64,000 nucleotides of DNA from IMG/VR virus record IMGVR_UViG_3300032217_000462, positions 3,417 to 67,416 of that record, one strand, 5' to 3'. Under the pieces are notes generated by a model. The model was not told where the DNA came from. It searched no databases and saw nothing but the letters and a program-made list of their open reading frames with translations. The position numbers were made by a program, and so were the translations under genes. The DNA is from a virus. This document shows, one piece after another, positions 28,501-38,400 of the stretch (positions are counted from its first letter, which is position 1; the number at the start of each line of letters is the position of its first letter).

Positions 28501-31500
28501 TACCTTGGATACCTTGAGCTCCTGTTGGGCCCATAATACCTTGATCACCTGTTGGGCCTGTAGGACCTGTAACGCCTTGAATACCTTGTGATCCTGTAGG
28601 ACCAGTAACACCTTGAATACCTTGTGAGCCTGTTGGTCCATCATTACCCTGCATACCCGTAGGACCTTGTAGCCCTGTAGCACCTGTAGGACCTGTAGGT
28701 CCTGTAACACCTTGAGCACCTGTTGATCCTGTAGAACCTTGAATACCTTGTGATCCTGTAGGTCCTTGAATACCTTGTGACCCTGTAGGTCCTTGAATAC
28801 CTTGTGATCCTGTAGGTCCTTGAATACCTTGAATACCTTGAATACCTTGATCACCTGTTGGTCCTGTAGAACCTTGAGCACCTGTTGGTCCTGCTGATCC
28901 TGTGGGTCCAGCTACAGTAGATGCAGCACCTGTTGGTCCTGTGACACCTTGTATACCTTGTGAACCTGTAGGGCCTTGAATACCTTGAATACCTTGCGAG
29001 CCTGTATCGCCAGTATTACCTTGTGCTCCTGTTGGACCTGTTGATCCTGTTGGGCCCGCATTACCTTGTACACCCTGTTGTCCTGTTGGACCTTGAGCAC
29101 CTGTTGGGCCTGCAACAGTGGATTGTGCTCCTGTAGGACCTGTAACTCCAGTGGATCCTGTTGATCCTGTAGGTCCTTGAATACCCTGTGATCCTGTGGG
29201 TCCTTGAATACCTTGAGAGCCTGTAGGCCCTTGTAATCCAGTAGCTCCACTTAAATCAGTTGTATAGTTATAAACACTACCATTCCATAAATATAGTCTA
29301 GCATTTTCAGGATCGCTTACATTTCCTGTATCAATTAGTGCAAATTGACCTGCTATAATATTTGTTGGAGAAGTATCTGCTATTAATTGAGCTACACTTG
29401 TATATGTTTTAGCAATAACAAATCCAAGGCCTGTTGCACCTGTTGGGCCTGTAACACCTTGAACACCTGTTGGGCCTGTGGGACCTGCATTACCTTGCGG
29501 ACCTGTAACACCTTGTGGACCAGTATCGCCCATTGGACCTTGTGGACCTTGTGGACCTTGCATTCCGTCTGCGCCAGCAGGACCTGTTGGACCTGTAGCA
29601 CCTTGTGAACCTGTGGGTCCAGGAACGGTTGAGTCTGCTCCTGTTGGACCAAAATCTCCTTGTGGACCTGTTGGGCCAGTTGGACCAGTTGCTCCATATC
29701 CAATACTTTGACCAGCAACAACCAAGAATCCATTCTCTGTAGAAAGAGGTGTTCCACCCAGATCAATTGTATTAGCAGCAAAATAACCTGTTTTCCAACG
29801 CTTTGTAGGAGAACCGATATTAAAAGTTTGATCTACTGATGGTAGTAAGTTGCTGTTTATGTTTGTAAGATCAACTGCTGGGCCTGTTGGGCCAGTTGCT
29901 CCAGTTCCTACTAAATGTCCTTTTAGTTCTTTAATTACAACATTTAGTCCATTTGGTGGTGCAGTTACAAATATTACTTGAGTTCCAGATACAGTATAAT
30001 CGGTAGTAACTTCTTGTAATAAGCCACCTACTGTAACTAATATACTTTCTGCTGTAAGCCCACTACCTATAGTGAAGGCCGAAGTACTACCGTCACAAGT
30101 ATACGTACGAGTATATGCATTAAATGCTGTACCTCCAGGATTACCATTAATCCACTGAGTACCATTCCACAATAGTGCCTGTCCGTTTGCAGGACCTGAT
30201 ATAACCACATTAGATAAATCTTCTAAAACTGTAGTTTTATTAACCCATTTTTGAGTTGCGCTATCGTAAGCTAATACTTGCTTATTAACAGCACTAGTGA
30301 TTGTTATATCACTTAATCCTGTTAAAGTACTAATTGTAGATTTATTAACCCATTTTTGGGTTGCAGTATCGTAGACAAGTGCTTGATTATTAGTAGGGCT
30401 AGTAATAGTTACATCACTTAAACCTGTAATAGCACTAACAGGTGTTTTATTAACCCACTTACTAGCAACTGAGTCCCAAGATAAAACTTGGTTATTAGCA
30501 ACACTGGTAATAGTTACATTACCTAAACTATCTATACTAGTAGTCTTATTAATCCATTTAGAAGCAGTAGTATCCCATACAAGAGCTTGGTTGTTAGTAA
30601 CACTAGTAATAGTTACATTGCCTAAGCTATCTATGCTAGTAGTTCTATTAACCCATTTTTGAGTAGCATTGTCCCATACTAGTGCTTGTTTATCCGCAAT
30701 GTTTGTTACATTTACGTTATTTAAATCATACAAACTACTAACTGGTGATTTATTTACCCATTTACTAGTTGCTGTATCCCACGATAATGTTTGATTGTTA
30801 GTTGGGCTAGTAACTGTAACATTACTTAAATCATATAAACTACTAACAACAGATTTATTAATCCATTTTTGCGTAGCAGTATCCCATGATAATGCTTGGT
30901 TATTAGTAACACTAGTAATAGTTACATTGCCTAAATCATTAACACTAGTAGTTTTATTAATCCATTTTGAAGTTGCTGTATCGTAAGTTAATACTTGTTT
31001 ATCAATAGTACTGGTTAAAGTTACGTCACTTAATCCTGTTAAAGTACTAACTGTAGATCTATTAACCCATTTCTGAGTTGCAGTATCATATACAAGTGCT
31101 TGATTATTTGTAGGACTAGTTAATGTTACATTGGTTAAATCGCTAAGAGAACTTGTAAAAGTTCTATTAACCCATTTTTGAGTTGCAGAGTCATAAGATA
31201 ATAATTGATTATTTGCAGGACTTACTAAATTTACATCTGTTAAACCAGTAATAGTAGTTGCAACAGTTCTATTAACCCATTTACTAGCCGCGGAATCCCA
31301 TGATAAAACTTGATTATTAGCAACACTGGTAATTGTTACATTACCTAAATCATTCACAGTAGTAGTTTTATTAACCCATTTCTGTGCTGTCGAATCCCAG
31401 GTTAGTTGTTGATTATTGGCGACACTAGTAATAGTTACATTACTTAAATCATCGACTTTAGTATCCGCTAAATTTTTAAAATACTTTACTTGTCCACTGG

Positions 31501-31618
31501 ATGCTTTAAAATATAGTCTTCCATCAGCTGTATTAATGGCTAACTCTCCGGGCTGAAGATTACCGGCCAGTGGGACTCCCCCAGTTGTCGATGAATTTTT
31601 AATCTTAATTATTGCCAT
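25538..31618 (-). CDS. Giant collagen-like side fibre (2026 aa)
   Basis: [15 protein letters not shown]-terminus, tandem ~33-aa repeats and long Gly-X-Y tracts (GPT, GSQ, GIQ) interrupted by globular domains. Confidence 0.88.
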   Translation of the reverse strand: MAIIKIKNSSTTGGVPLAGNLQPGELAINTADGRLYFKASSGQVKYFKNLADTKVDDLSNVTITSVANNQQLTWDSTAQKWVNKTTTVNDLGNVTITSVANNQVLSWDSAASKWVNRTVATTITGLTDVNLVSPANNQLLSYDSATQKWVNRTFTSSLSDLTNVTLTSPTNNQALVYDTATQKWVNRSTVSTLTGLSDVTLTSTIDKQVLTYDTATSKWINKTTSVNDLGNVTITSVTNNQALSWDTATQKWINKSVVSSLYDLSNVTVTSPTNNQTLSWDTATSKWVNKSPVSSLYDLNNVNVTNIADKQALVWDNATQKWVNRTTSIDSLGNVTITSVTNNQALVWDTTASKWINKTTSIDSLGNVTITSVANNQVLSWDSVASKWVNKTPVSAITGLSDVTITSPTNNQALVYDTATQKWVNKSTISTLTGLSDITITSAVNKQVLAYDSATQKWVNKTTVLEDLSNVVISGPANGQALLWNGTQWINGNPGGTAFNAYTRTYTCDGSTSAFTIGSGLTAESILVTVGGLLQEVTTDYTVSGTQVIFVTAPPNGLNVVIKELKGHLVGTGATGPTGPAVDLTNINSNLLPSVDQTFNIGSPTKRWKTGYFAANTIDLGGTPLSTENGFLVVAGQSIGYGATGPTGPTGPQGDFGPTGADSTVPGPTGSQGATGPTGPAGADGMQGPQGPQGPMGDTGPQGVTGPQGNAGPTGPTGVQGVTGPTGATGLGFVIAKTYTSVAQLIADTSPTNIIAGQFALIDTGNVSDPENARLYLWNGSVYNYTTDLSGATGLQGPTGSQGIQGPTGSQGIQGPTGSTGSTGVTGPTGAQSTVAGPTGAQGPTGQQGVQGNAGPTGSTGPTGAQGNTGDTGSQGIQGIQGPTGSQGIQGVTGPTGAASTVAGPTGSAGPTGAQGSTGPTGDQGIQGIQGIQGPTGSQGIQGPTGSQGIQGPTGSQGIQGSTGSTGAQGVTGPTGPTGATGLQGPTGMQGNDGPTGSQGIQGVTGPTGSQGIQGVTGPTGPTGDQGIMGPTGAQGIQGIQGIQGIQGIQGATGPTGSQGITGPTGAQGTQGIQGVTGPTGPTGAQGSQGSQGIQGVTGPTGSQGIQGVTGPTGPTGAASTIAGPTGAQGITGPTGPQGNPGTSVNIKGEVATIAQLPGTPTPSIGDAYIVTADGNLYTWTGSLYLDVGQIVGPTGPQGTQGLQGATGPTGSQGIQGIQGVTGPTGSQGIQGVTGPTGSQGIQGVTGPTGSQGIQGVTGPTGPTGSQGIQGVTGPTGAQGAASTVPGPTGSQGIQGVQGVVGPTGPSGIGSPFIVTTQNFTGNGTTTTFAIDSGYTVDSLLVALNGVLLKPTTDYTVSGSSLTFIIAPDSGDEIVVRELLGDGPTGSQGPTGATGSQGIQGPTGAASTVAGPTGAQGIQGPTGSQGIQGPTGSQGIQGPIGAAGTIGVDGATGPTGSQGIQGITGPTGATGPTGSQGIQGTQGIQGVTGPTGSQGNAGTQGNTGPTGPTGANGLGFTIAKTYLSVAALTADTSPTGITAGQFAIIDTGNVENAENSRLYIWNGTSYTYTSDLSGAQGIQGPTGSTGPTGSQGAASTVAGPTGATGPTGSQGIQGITGATGPTGAASTVAGPIGPQGITGPTGSQGSQGSQGIQGITGPTGSQGIQGVTGPTGAASTVAGPTGPQGTNGTIGSNGATGPTGPTGASGIGSPFIVETQNFTGNGTTTAFTINSGYTTDSVIVVANGVILSPVADYSVSGTTLTFVTAPEDQVELVVREMKGDGPTGPQGPTGPAGGPTGPTGAQGTAGTNGAIGPTGPTGTTGAVGPTGPANGPTGAQGPTGPSGAIGYPFTIETQTFTGDGTTTAFTINSGYGTHNILVVANGALLQPVLDYSVSGTTLTFVIAPGVGQELVVREMKGDGITGPTGPTGPQGTIGPTGPMSTSEEFTATAGQTVFTVSNGYSTGSVIVYVNGSLQKSSNYTAVNGTTVTLTQAATAGDTITILSSVGSLGLTSVRNFSIAMSVAMGV
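25800..29900 (-). repeat. Collagen-like coding repeats with 9-bp periodicity
   Basis: Recurrent + strand units such as CCTTGAATA, CCTGTAGGA and CCTTGTGAT encode Gly-X-Y on the minus strand. Confidence 0.9.
30150..31460 (-). repeat. About 13 tandem coding repeats of ~33 aa (L.NVTITS..NNQ.L.WD.ATQKWVN)
   Basis: TTAACCCATTT or TTAATCCATTT recurs roughly every 100 bp. Confidence 0.88.
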
Positions 31619-31637
31619 ACTCAGCCCTAAAAGAATT

Positions 31638-31661
31638 AGGGAAACTTATACAAGTTTCCCT
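31638..31661. terminator. Intergenic hairpin, possible terminator
   Basis: AGGGAAACTT-ATAC-AAGTTTCCCT lies between two fibre genes. Confidence 0.55.
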
Positions 31662-31665
31662 TTTA

Positions 31666-33630
31666 TTAATACGTTCCGCCGTCCACAGTAGCTAGTGTAA
31701 CATACCCTGTAGATGCATTTACTCCGAAACTTTCTGAATCGAAATAAGCTAAACCTTTTGTGGTTGTAGAAGCATTAGGTATTGTTTGATTTGCAACTGC
31801 AGTAACTAAACCTTTGGCATTAACTGTAATACGTGGAACAGTTAATGTATCGCCATAGCTACCTACATTGGTATTTACAGTTGCTAAGGTAAGTGCTGCC
31901 GATTTATTAGATGTTCCATCTACGCTGGTAAACGATGCAGTTGCATCTCCAGTTAAATTTAAGTTACGTGCTGTAAACCATTTTGTAGCAGTATCAGCGT
32001 TACCAACAAGATCACCATAAACTTGTGATACATTTAATGGTTTATTAAAATTCCAACGATCATCGCTAGATGAATAGTTAAGAGTTGCTGGAATAGTTGG
32101 GCCATGAACTGTAATACCACCACCATTTGCATCACCAGCACTAGTAGCGTCTTTGGCTAATTCAATATTCAAATCACCGATTGAAACAGTTGTAGAATTA
32201 ATTGTTGTAACTGTACCTAATACACTCAGATCACCAGTAATAGTAGCATTACCATTTACAGTAATATCTGAAACTGTAGCTGATCCTGCATCTAAAGCAC
32301 CAGCAATTGTAATTGTTCCTGCGGCAACATTTCCTGTAACTGCCAAAGCTCCAAGAGTTCCGCTACCAGACATTGCCACAGTAATTGTATTAGTAGCATC
32401 ATCAATACTTGTAGTAACACCGCCACTACCAACAATTCGCAAATTATCAGTTAATAAGTTTAATGTTCCAGTTGTTGAAGCATTATCGCCACGGAAACTT
32501 AGTGTAGTTGCAACATTAGCAGTTGTAATTCCAGTTACTAAACCTTTTGCGTTGACAGTAACTACAGGAATTGCTGTGGCTGAACCAAAAGCACCAGGAA
32601 CTTTACCAGTACTACCATCTAATATAGTTGCTAAAGTAAGCGTTGCTGTTTTATTTATTGAACCATCAATACTAATTGCAGCGGTACTTGCGTCACCGCT
32701 GAATGTTAGATTAATTGGAGAAGCCCATTTACTAGCAGTGTCTGCATTGCCAGTAACATTACCAGTTAAATTACCTGTAACATTACCTGTAACATTACCA
32801 GTATGAACACCTGCACTATTACCGGTTAAATTACCAGTAACATTACCAGTTACATTTCCAGTTACGCTACCAGTAAATGTAGCATTAGTACCATCAGTGC
32901 CGTTATCTAAAATTTTGCTAGTACCGTTGGAAGCAAAAATATCGCCAGTTACATTACCTACAACATTACCATTAACGTTACCAGTTAAATTACCTGTAAC
33001 TCCGCCAGTAAATGTAGCATTAGTACCGTTAGTACCATTTTCAATAATTTTTGTAATTCCATCAGCAGCATAAATGTCGCCATAAACATTACCTGTAACA
33101 TTACCTGTAAGATTACCTACAACATTACCTGTAATACCGCCACTAACACTACCGTAAAATACTGCATTAGTACCATCAGTACCGTTTTCTAAAATCTTGC
33201 TAGTACCATCGGCGGCATAAATATCGCCCACAACATTACCAGTATGAATACCAGCACTATTACCAGTTAAATTACCAATAACATTTCCAGTATGAATACC
33301 TGTACTGTTACCAGTTAAATTACCAGTAACATTACCCATAATATTTAAGTAAGCAGTATTAAGTGTGTCGCGTTTTACTAATGTACCTGCAGTGCCTACA
33401 TCTGTTGCCGCATCAATAATATCAGTAAAATACTTACCGCCAATAACAATTGGTGCACCTGATGCAGACTGTAAGTCACTGTTGGCTCCCATACCGCCAA
33501 CAAATAACCTGCCACCCATATTTGAAATAGAACCAGTACCAAATGTATAAGCCATTTCACCTGTGTTCAGTAATTGTGGTGCAATGGAAGTACTACTTCT
33601 TTTAATCTTTATCGTTGATTTATCAGCCAT
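31666..33630 (-). CDS. Tail fibre protein with GNVT/GNLT repeats
   Basis: TIKIKRS...GEMAY N-terminus, four-residue G-N-[VL]-T repeats, three GDIYAADG..KI.ENGT.GTNA-like units and a DGGTY end. Confidence 0.8.
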   Translation of the reverse strand: MADKSTIKIKRSSTSIAPQLLNTGEMAYTFGTGSISNMGGRLFVGGMGANSDLQSASGAPIVIGGKYFTDIIDAATDVGTAGTLVKRDTLNTAYLNIMGNVTGNLTGNSTGIHTGNVIGNLTGNSAGIHTGNVVGDIYAADGTSKILENGTDGTNAVFYGSVSGGITGNVVGNLTGNVTGNVYGDIYAADGITKIIENGTNGTNATFTGGVTGNLTGNVNGNVVGNVTGDIFASNGTSKILDNGTDGTNATFTGSVTGNVTGNVTGNLTGNSAGVHTGNVTGNVTGNLTGNVTGNADTASKWASPINLTFSGDASTAAISIDGSINKTATLTLATILDGSTGKVPGAFGSATAIPVVTVNAKGLVTGITTANVATTLSFRGDNASTTGTLNLLTDNLRIVGSGGVTTSIDDATNTITVAMSGSGTLGALAVTGNVAAGTITIAGALDAGSATVSDITVNGNATITGDLSVLGTVTTINSTTVSIGDLNIELAKDATSAGDANGGGITVHGPTIPATLNYSSSDDRWNFNKPLNVSQVYGDLVGNADTATKWFTARNLNLTGDATASFTSVDGTSNKSAALTLATVNTNVGSYGDTLTVPRITVNAKGLVTAVANQTIPNASTTTKGLAYFDSESFGVNASTGYVTLATVDGGTY

Positions 33631-33641
33631 TTTTTCTTCCT

Positions 33642-33905
33642 TTAAAAGAATCCGCCTTCCATCGTTTGCTGTTCAAGCAACTTCGATGAGGTCCATTTAT
33701 CTGTTCCAGAATTATATACTAATAAGCTTCCTGAAGCTAAAACGCTAGTATCTACATCTGATAGCCCTTTAAGTGTGGTTTGTGTAGGGCCTATCATGCC
33801 GCCTACAACTACTCGTGTATCACTTTGTGACGAAACAACTGTTGGTTCCGTTACCTCAAGTACAACCGCATTATTAACTTCGGTTATAATTATTTCTGTT
33901 GTCAT
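33642..33905 (-). CDS. Small fibre adaptor
   Basis: One LKGLSDVD...LLVYNSGTDKW unit resembling the repeats of the 2026-aa fibre; ends in EGGFF. Confidence 0.65.
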   Translation of the reverse strand: MTTEIIITEVNNAVVLEVTEPTVVSSQSDTRVVVGGMIGPTQTTLKGLSDVDTSVLASGSLLVYNSGTDKWTSSKLLEQQTMEGGFF

Positions 33906-34498
33906 CTAGTAACCTCTTTAATCAATGTAATACCACCACTTAAGAATGGATATACAAGTCCTTGATTATCTGTTAATTCACAAGAATATACTGCTGCGTC
34001 AAAATTAAAAGTAGCAGTAGTAACAGCCGATATATTAAAAGAAATTGTATAGTTAATTGCATCTATACTAATACCGCCATTAGCGGAAGTTAACTCATGA
34101 ATTACTGTTGTAGAGTCTATAGACTCTCTGATCTGCATTTGTGCAGTATAGCCTGCTAGAGGTATAGGACTGTTCCATTCAATAATACCGCCAGTTGTAT
34201 ACGTTCCATAATCTGATGAATTTATCTGGTTTAGGGTTACGCTATTAGAAGTTTTTGAAGTTACTAGATAATAGTCAGTAGTTGATGCGGTATTAATATC
34301 TTTCATACCATTAACACCAGTTACTCTGATTCTCCAGTTTAATGGAATAGTATGGGCACTAGCTGTAGTAATTACACAGGGAGCCGCTTTAGTAATACCT
34401 GAAATCTGAGCATATTGTTTAGTTTCTGACTCCCAGCGAAGAGTCTCTCGAAAAGTACTACCTTGATAAATTCTGTAACTAATTCGTGCTGGTTCCAT
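33902..34498 (-). CDS. Putative collar / fibre-anchoring protein
   Basis: IYQGSTF...LAGYTAQMQIR...AVYSCEL adaptor-like pattern with an inserted ISGITKAAPCVIT..H module. Confidence 0.6.
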   Translation of the reverse strand: MEPARISYRIYQGSTFRETLRWESETKQYAQISGITKAAPCVITTASAHTIPLNWRIRVTGVNGMKDINTASTTDYYLVTSKTSNSVTLNQINSSDYGTYTTGGIIEWNSPIPLAGYTAQMQIRESIDSTTVIHELTSANGGISIDAINYTISFNISAVTTATFNFDAAVYSCELTDNQGLVYPFLSGGITLIKEVTR

Positions 34499-34502
34499 TA
34501 TA

Positions 34503-34853
34503 TCACCTTACTTTCTTTGCTGCTGCAAGCGTAGCCGATATTCTAAACTTATTAACTTCTTCAGTTAGTGCAACAACTTCTGTTTGTAGCTGCTGATTTT
34601 CAATGCACAACTGTGCTAGTTGCGCATTTAATATAATCATTTCTTGTTGCAAGCGATTTAATTCGGTTGCTAGTAAGCCATTTTGTTCGCTCATACGTTC
34701 TAGTTCTGTATGCATTAAAGTGATAATGCTAGTTTCCGCATGAGTACTTTTCCAGTCTTTTAACAGTTTCTGTATTCCAACTGAGAAAGCAACAACTGCT
34801 AACGCAACTAGTGAAACTGTCTGAATCAGGCTGTGATCATTAATCTCCACCAT
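34503..34853 (-). CDS. Single-TM coiled-coil protein (holin or antiholin candidate)
   Basis: TM segment VSLVALAVVAFSVGI followed by a heptad coiled coil; AAGGAG RBS. Confidence 0.55.
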   Translation of the reverse strand: MVEINDHSLIQTVSLVALAVVAFSVGIQKLLKDWKSTHAETSIITLMHTELERMSEQNGLLATELNRLQQEMIILNAQLAQLCIENQQLQTEVVALTEEVNKFRISATLAAAKKVR

Positions 34854-34976
34854 AATCAGATCTCCTTATTAGCAGTGGTTTTATATTTAATTATAATCTA
34901 AACGGGAAGGTTGCCTTTTAGATCTAGGTAAAAGCTTGTCAAGAAAAAATATTGAAATGTTCTGACATTTTGGTAT

Positions 34977-35005
34977 ATTATACCACAAGGGCGGGAGTTT
35001 GTCAA
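34977..35005 (-). promoter_or_regulatory. Sigma70 promoter heading the side-fibre/lysis block, perfect consensus
   Basis: Minus strand reads TTGACA, 17-bp spacer, TATAAT, with an extended -10 TG. Confidence 0.9.
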
Positions 35006-35008
35006 TGC

Positions 35009-35043
35009 AAAAAAATACCCTGCCCAAGTAACGGACAGGGTAT
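35009..35043 (-). terminator. Rho-independent terminator
   Basis: Minus strand reads ATACCCTGTCC-GTTACTT-GGGCAGGGTAT followed by a T tract. Confidence 0.85.
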
Positions 35044-35055
35044 AATTTTTGCAGT

Positions 35056-35406
35056 TTAAACTGGTGGATATTCTTCAGGAGGCATAGTAGGCCAAACTGG
35101 ATCTTCTATGATACCTTGCTTGTGAATTTCTCGCACTTGTTGTCGGTAGATAGCCCAGGCTTCTTTATTTGTTAATTTTACATCAGGTAGCTGAGTCCAA
35201 TCAGAATCCAATAAAAGTTTAGCTCGTTTTTCTTTAATTTGTTCAAACAATACTGTCTTTTTTAATTGGTATTGATTAGTATTTGGATTAAAAGTATAGT
35301 CATTATTATTTGCAAGAGGATTAGCATTAAGACTTGCTATTAGTGCTTCTTGCTCAGCTATATACTCTGGACTTAGGTAATATTCACTATTTGTTTCTTG
35401 TGTCAT
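35056..35406 (-). CDS. Tail fibre assembly chaperone
   Basis: R.KLL.DSDWTQLPDV...W..YRQQ.R.I...WP..P pattern. Confidence 0.8.
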   Translation of the reverse strand: MTQETNSEYYLSPEYIAEQEALIASLNANPLANNNDYTFNPNTNQYQLKKTVLFEQIKEKRAKLLLDSDWTQLPDVKLTNKEAWAIYRQQVREIHKQGIIEDPVWPTMPPEEYPPV

Positions 35407-35408
35407 AT

Positions 35409-38400
35409 TTAATCTGCCTTATAGATTCGCCAAACTAATGTGCAGTACCCACTTCTGGCCACAACATTTAGTCGAGGCCTACTGTCTGTTGTTAAAATAG
35501 CAGGACTAACGTATGTTGGGCTGTATATTGTAAACTTACCAACTCCAACAATTGAAGCAGTTTGCCAGTCTCCAACAACATTTACCCCACATGTACTAAG
35601 AACAGTGTATGCGTTTGACACGTATACATAATCGTATATAGGGCTACCATAATAATCATAGTCAACAATAGTATATACATAAGATCCTCCCGGTCCTCCA
35701 GGTGGGTTTGCTACTAATGCAGTATAGCAGGCATCATTAGTATCACTACCTTGACATTTTACAGGAACTGTTAGTTCATAGAAATAAGTGCCGGCAGGTA
35801 GTACTGTACGGTAAGTATCTGCATCCCAGGCTCCAAGTTTGTTGGTTAGTGCACTATAATCCATTTCTAGTGGCATCCAATTGCCAGCAGCTAAACTTGA
35901 TACATTTACTGTTGGTGTTGTGTTGCCTTTATATGTTCGTACATAGTTTGGAAGGGCAGCACCTGGATTCAAGTTATCAATTCCAATAAGGTTACCGTTA
36001 AAAGCTAACTTATCACCATTAAAAGTAATATTAGTAGTAGAGTTACCAAAAGCAAATAGTCCTGTAGAATATAACACTCCACCGCTACCTGTCATTGAAG
36101 TACCACTAATTGCTGCGTTATTAGCTCTGATGTAGTCAGACACTGTTAAATTACCAGTATTAGTAGTAATTGCAGAAAGTGAACCAACTTTTAAACTAGC
36201 AATATAAGGCGTTGACCAAACTGTTGTAGTCGATCCATTATAAATACCATCCGATACGTATAAGGAGGCATTACTACTAGGATCTGGGTCAACTGCATAC
36301 CAAGTTACATTAAATGAACCTCCCCAGGTTAAGGAGGCTGTATAACCTGAGGGTCTATTGTTACCACTTACAGATACAGTACCAGATACTGCTGCTGGAT
36401 TACCTGAAATGCGCGCATACATAATAGTAGCTGATGCACCTGCTGTTCCTGTTCCTGCAGGGCCTTGTGGGCCTTGTGGGCCTTGTGGGCCTGTAGCACC
36501 TGTAGAACCTGTAGCACCTGTAGAACCTGTAGCACCTGTAGCACCTGTAGCACCATTAGTACCATTGGTACCATTAGCACCCGCATATCCAGAAACTATA
36601 ATACTTGCGGTGCCCCAGTTAAACACTGTACTAGTAGCTGTAGCTGAATCTGTTACTGTTGCTATTGCGCTGTATAAATAGTAGCCAGTAGAAGGAGCAG
36701 TAGTACTAGACTTAGTCCACCCAGAGGGTGCGGTATAACTACCATCTGACCAATAATAAACACTAGATCCAGAAATACTTGGAGTAGACAAAGCCCATTG
36801 GTAAACTTCGGGTTTTGCGCTTGACACCCCGCTAACTGCCGCCCCATTTTGACCAGCAACATATGTACTATAGCCTGTAGACCAGTCAATTGTAGTTGTA
36901 GTAGCTGTAGGAACATCACTTACTTGTTTACTTGCAATCCACAATTTAAGACCAGAAGTTCCTGGGTTTGCTGGAGCAGTATTTTGCCAGCTATTTCCAC
37001 CAGTATATCCAGATGTTACACCAGTTGACCAAGTATATGTAGCACTACCACTAGGTACACCTATTGTAGAGGCTGCGCTCCATTGATACAAATAAGCAGT
37101 AGCATATTTATTTGGAGTAGTACCATTAGTACCATTAGTACCTGCTGGACCTGTAGGCCCGGTAGCACCAGTTTTGCTCTTGGAAATGCTATAAATTTTA
37201 TTTATAGTAATATTATTATAAACTGCCCTTAGTGTGGCTGTACCACTATCTGCCGACATTGCACTAACTGTATAAACACCAGTTGATGCAATACTAATAG
37301 TTACTCCTGAGGAACTGACTACTGAATAAGTTACTGCTACATTACCTGTTTTGTCTGTAGTACCATCAAACAGATAAAAAGTACCCCCAGCATTGCTAAA
37401 ACTACTTACAGTTCCTGCAGCATCTGCAATAACGGTAGTCGCTTCGTTGGTTAATACTGCACTAACTGAATTAATACCGTCAGTTCCTGGTTTAATACCA
37501 ATCATTGATAATATATCAGTTGCAACAACTGTACCAGTACTTGAATCTTCACGAATTTTTACAGTTATCTGTTGCGGCATCGAACTAAATGCTGCCGTAG
37601 GAGTATAGGTATAGGTATTTGTAGTACTATTCTGTACAGTACTACCAGCTACTAAGAATTCATAATATACCGTACCACTGGTATTATTAGAAGTTGCTGT
37701 AACTACTACTGAACTTGGTGTGGGGGTAACCCCCTGTGTAGTATATACAAAAGACTGGCTAGTTGTGGTTAAGTCTACTGCTCTTGCATTAGTGCCGTTA
37801 CTTCCATTTGTACCATTAGTGCCATTTGAACCATTAGTGCCATTTGAACCATTTTTAGACTTATTTAATGTAAATACTTTGTCTAAATTGGTTGTGCCTA
37901 TAGTTGCTCTATAAGTAGCTGTTGCAGTATCTGCTGAGATAGCTGTTATAGATATAATGCCGGTAGTACTTGTAATAGTACTAGTCATACCAGTTTCACT
38001 AACTTTTGACCATGTAACTCCATCTGAGTTAGTTAATTTACTAATTCCTCTATAAACAGCTAGTTCACTACTAAGTGGAAATTGTCCGCTTACGGGAGTG
38101 CCAGTTGAATCGCAAGTAATTGTTTGATTTTCATTAACTAAGCCCGCAACTAAAGTATCGTCACCTTCTTTTAAAGCATAAACAGTAATCTGATCAAATA
38201 CTGTTCTACCGTATCCAGTGGCTTCTAGTTTTACTAATTTGTTACCGCTACTAAAACTTGGCAAAGTAAAAGTAGCTGCTGTTTGCCCTGTTTGAGTCGT
38301 AAAAGTTGTACCATTATCAGTAGACACTTTCCAAACATATGCAGGACTAGAACCTAAATTAAACGTACTAGCTGTAAAAACAATAGAAGATGGAGATATT

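Noticed and set aside
25798-29781. Many overlapping ORFs (KVFKVLQ..., STCRTC..., PVGPVGP...) in the collagen region
   Set aside because: They are off-frame and antisense shadows of the Gly-X-Y repeats, with low complexity and no RBS.
30150-31460. Regularly spaced ~100-bp repeats that could be mistaken for a CRISPR array
   Set aside because: They are degenerate in-frame coding repeats inside the fibre gene, with no unique spacers and no cas genes.
32153-32806. 217-aa + strand ORF, and similar antisense ORFs such as 48265..48741, 53622..54074 and 56506..56994
   Set aside because: They are antisense to well-supported structural genes and are explained by codon bias.
34915-34942. Second minus-strand TTGACA inside the leader of 34503..34853
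   Set aside because: There is no acceptable -10 at 17 bp, and only a weak TAAAAG at 16 bp.
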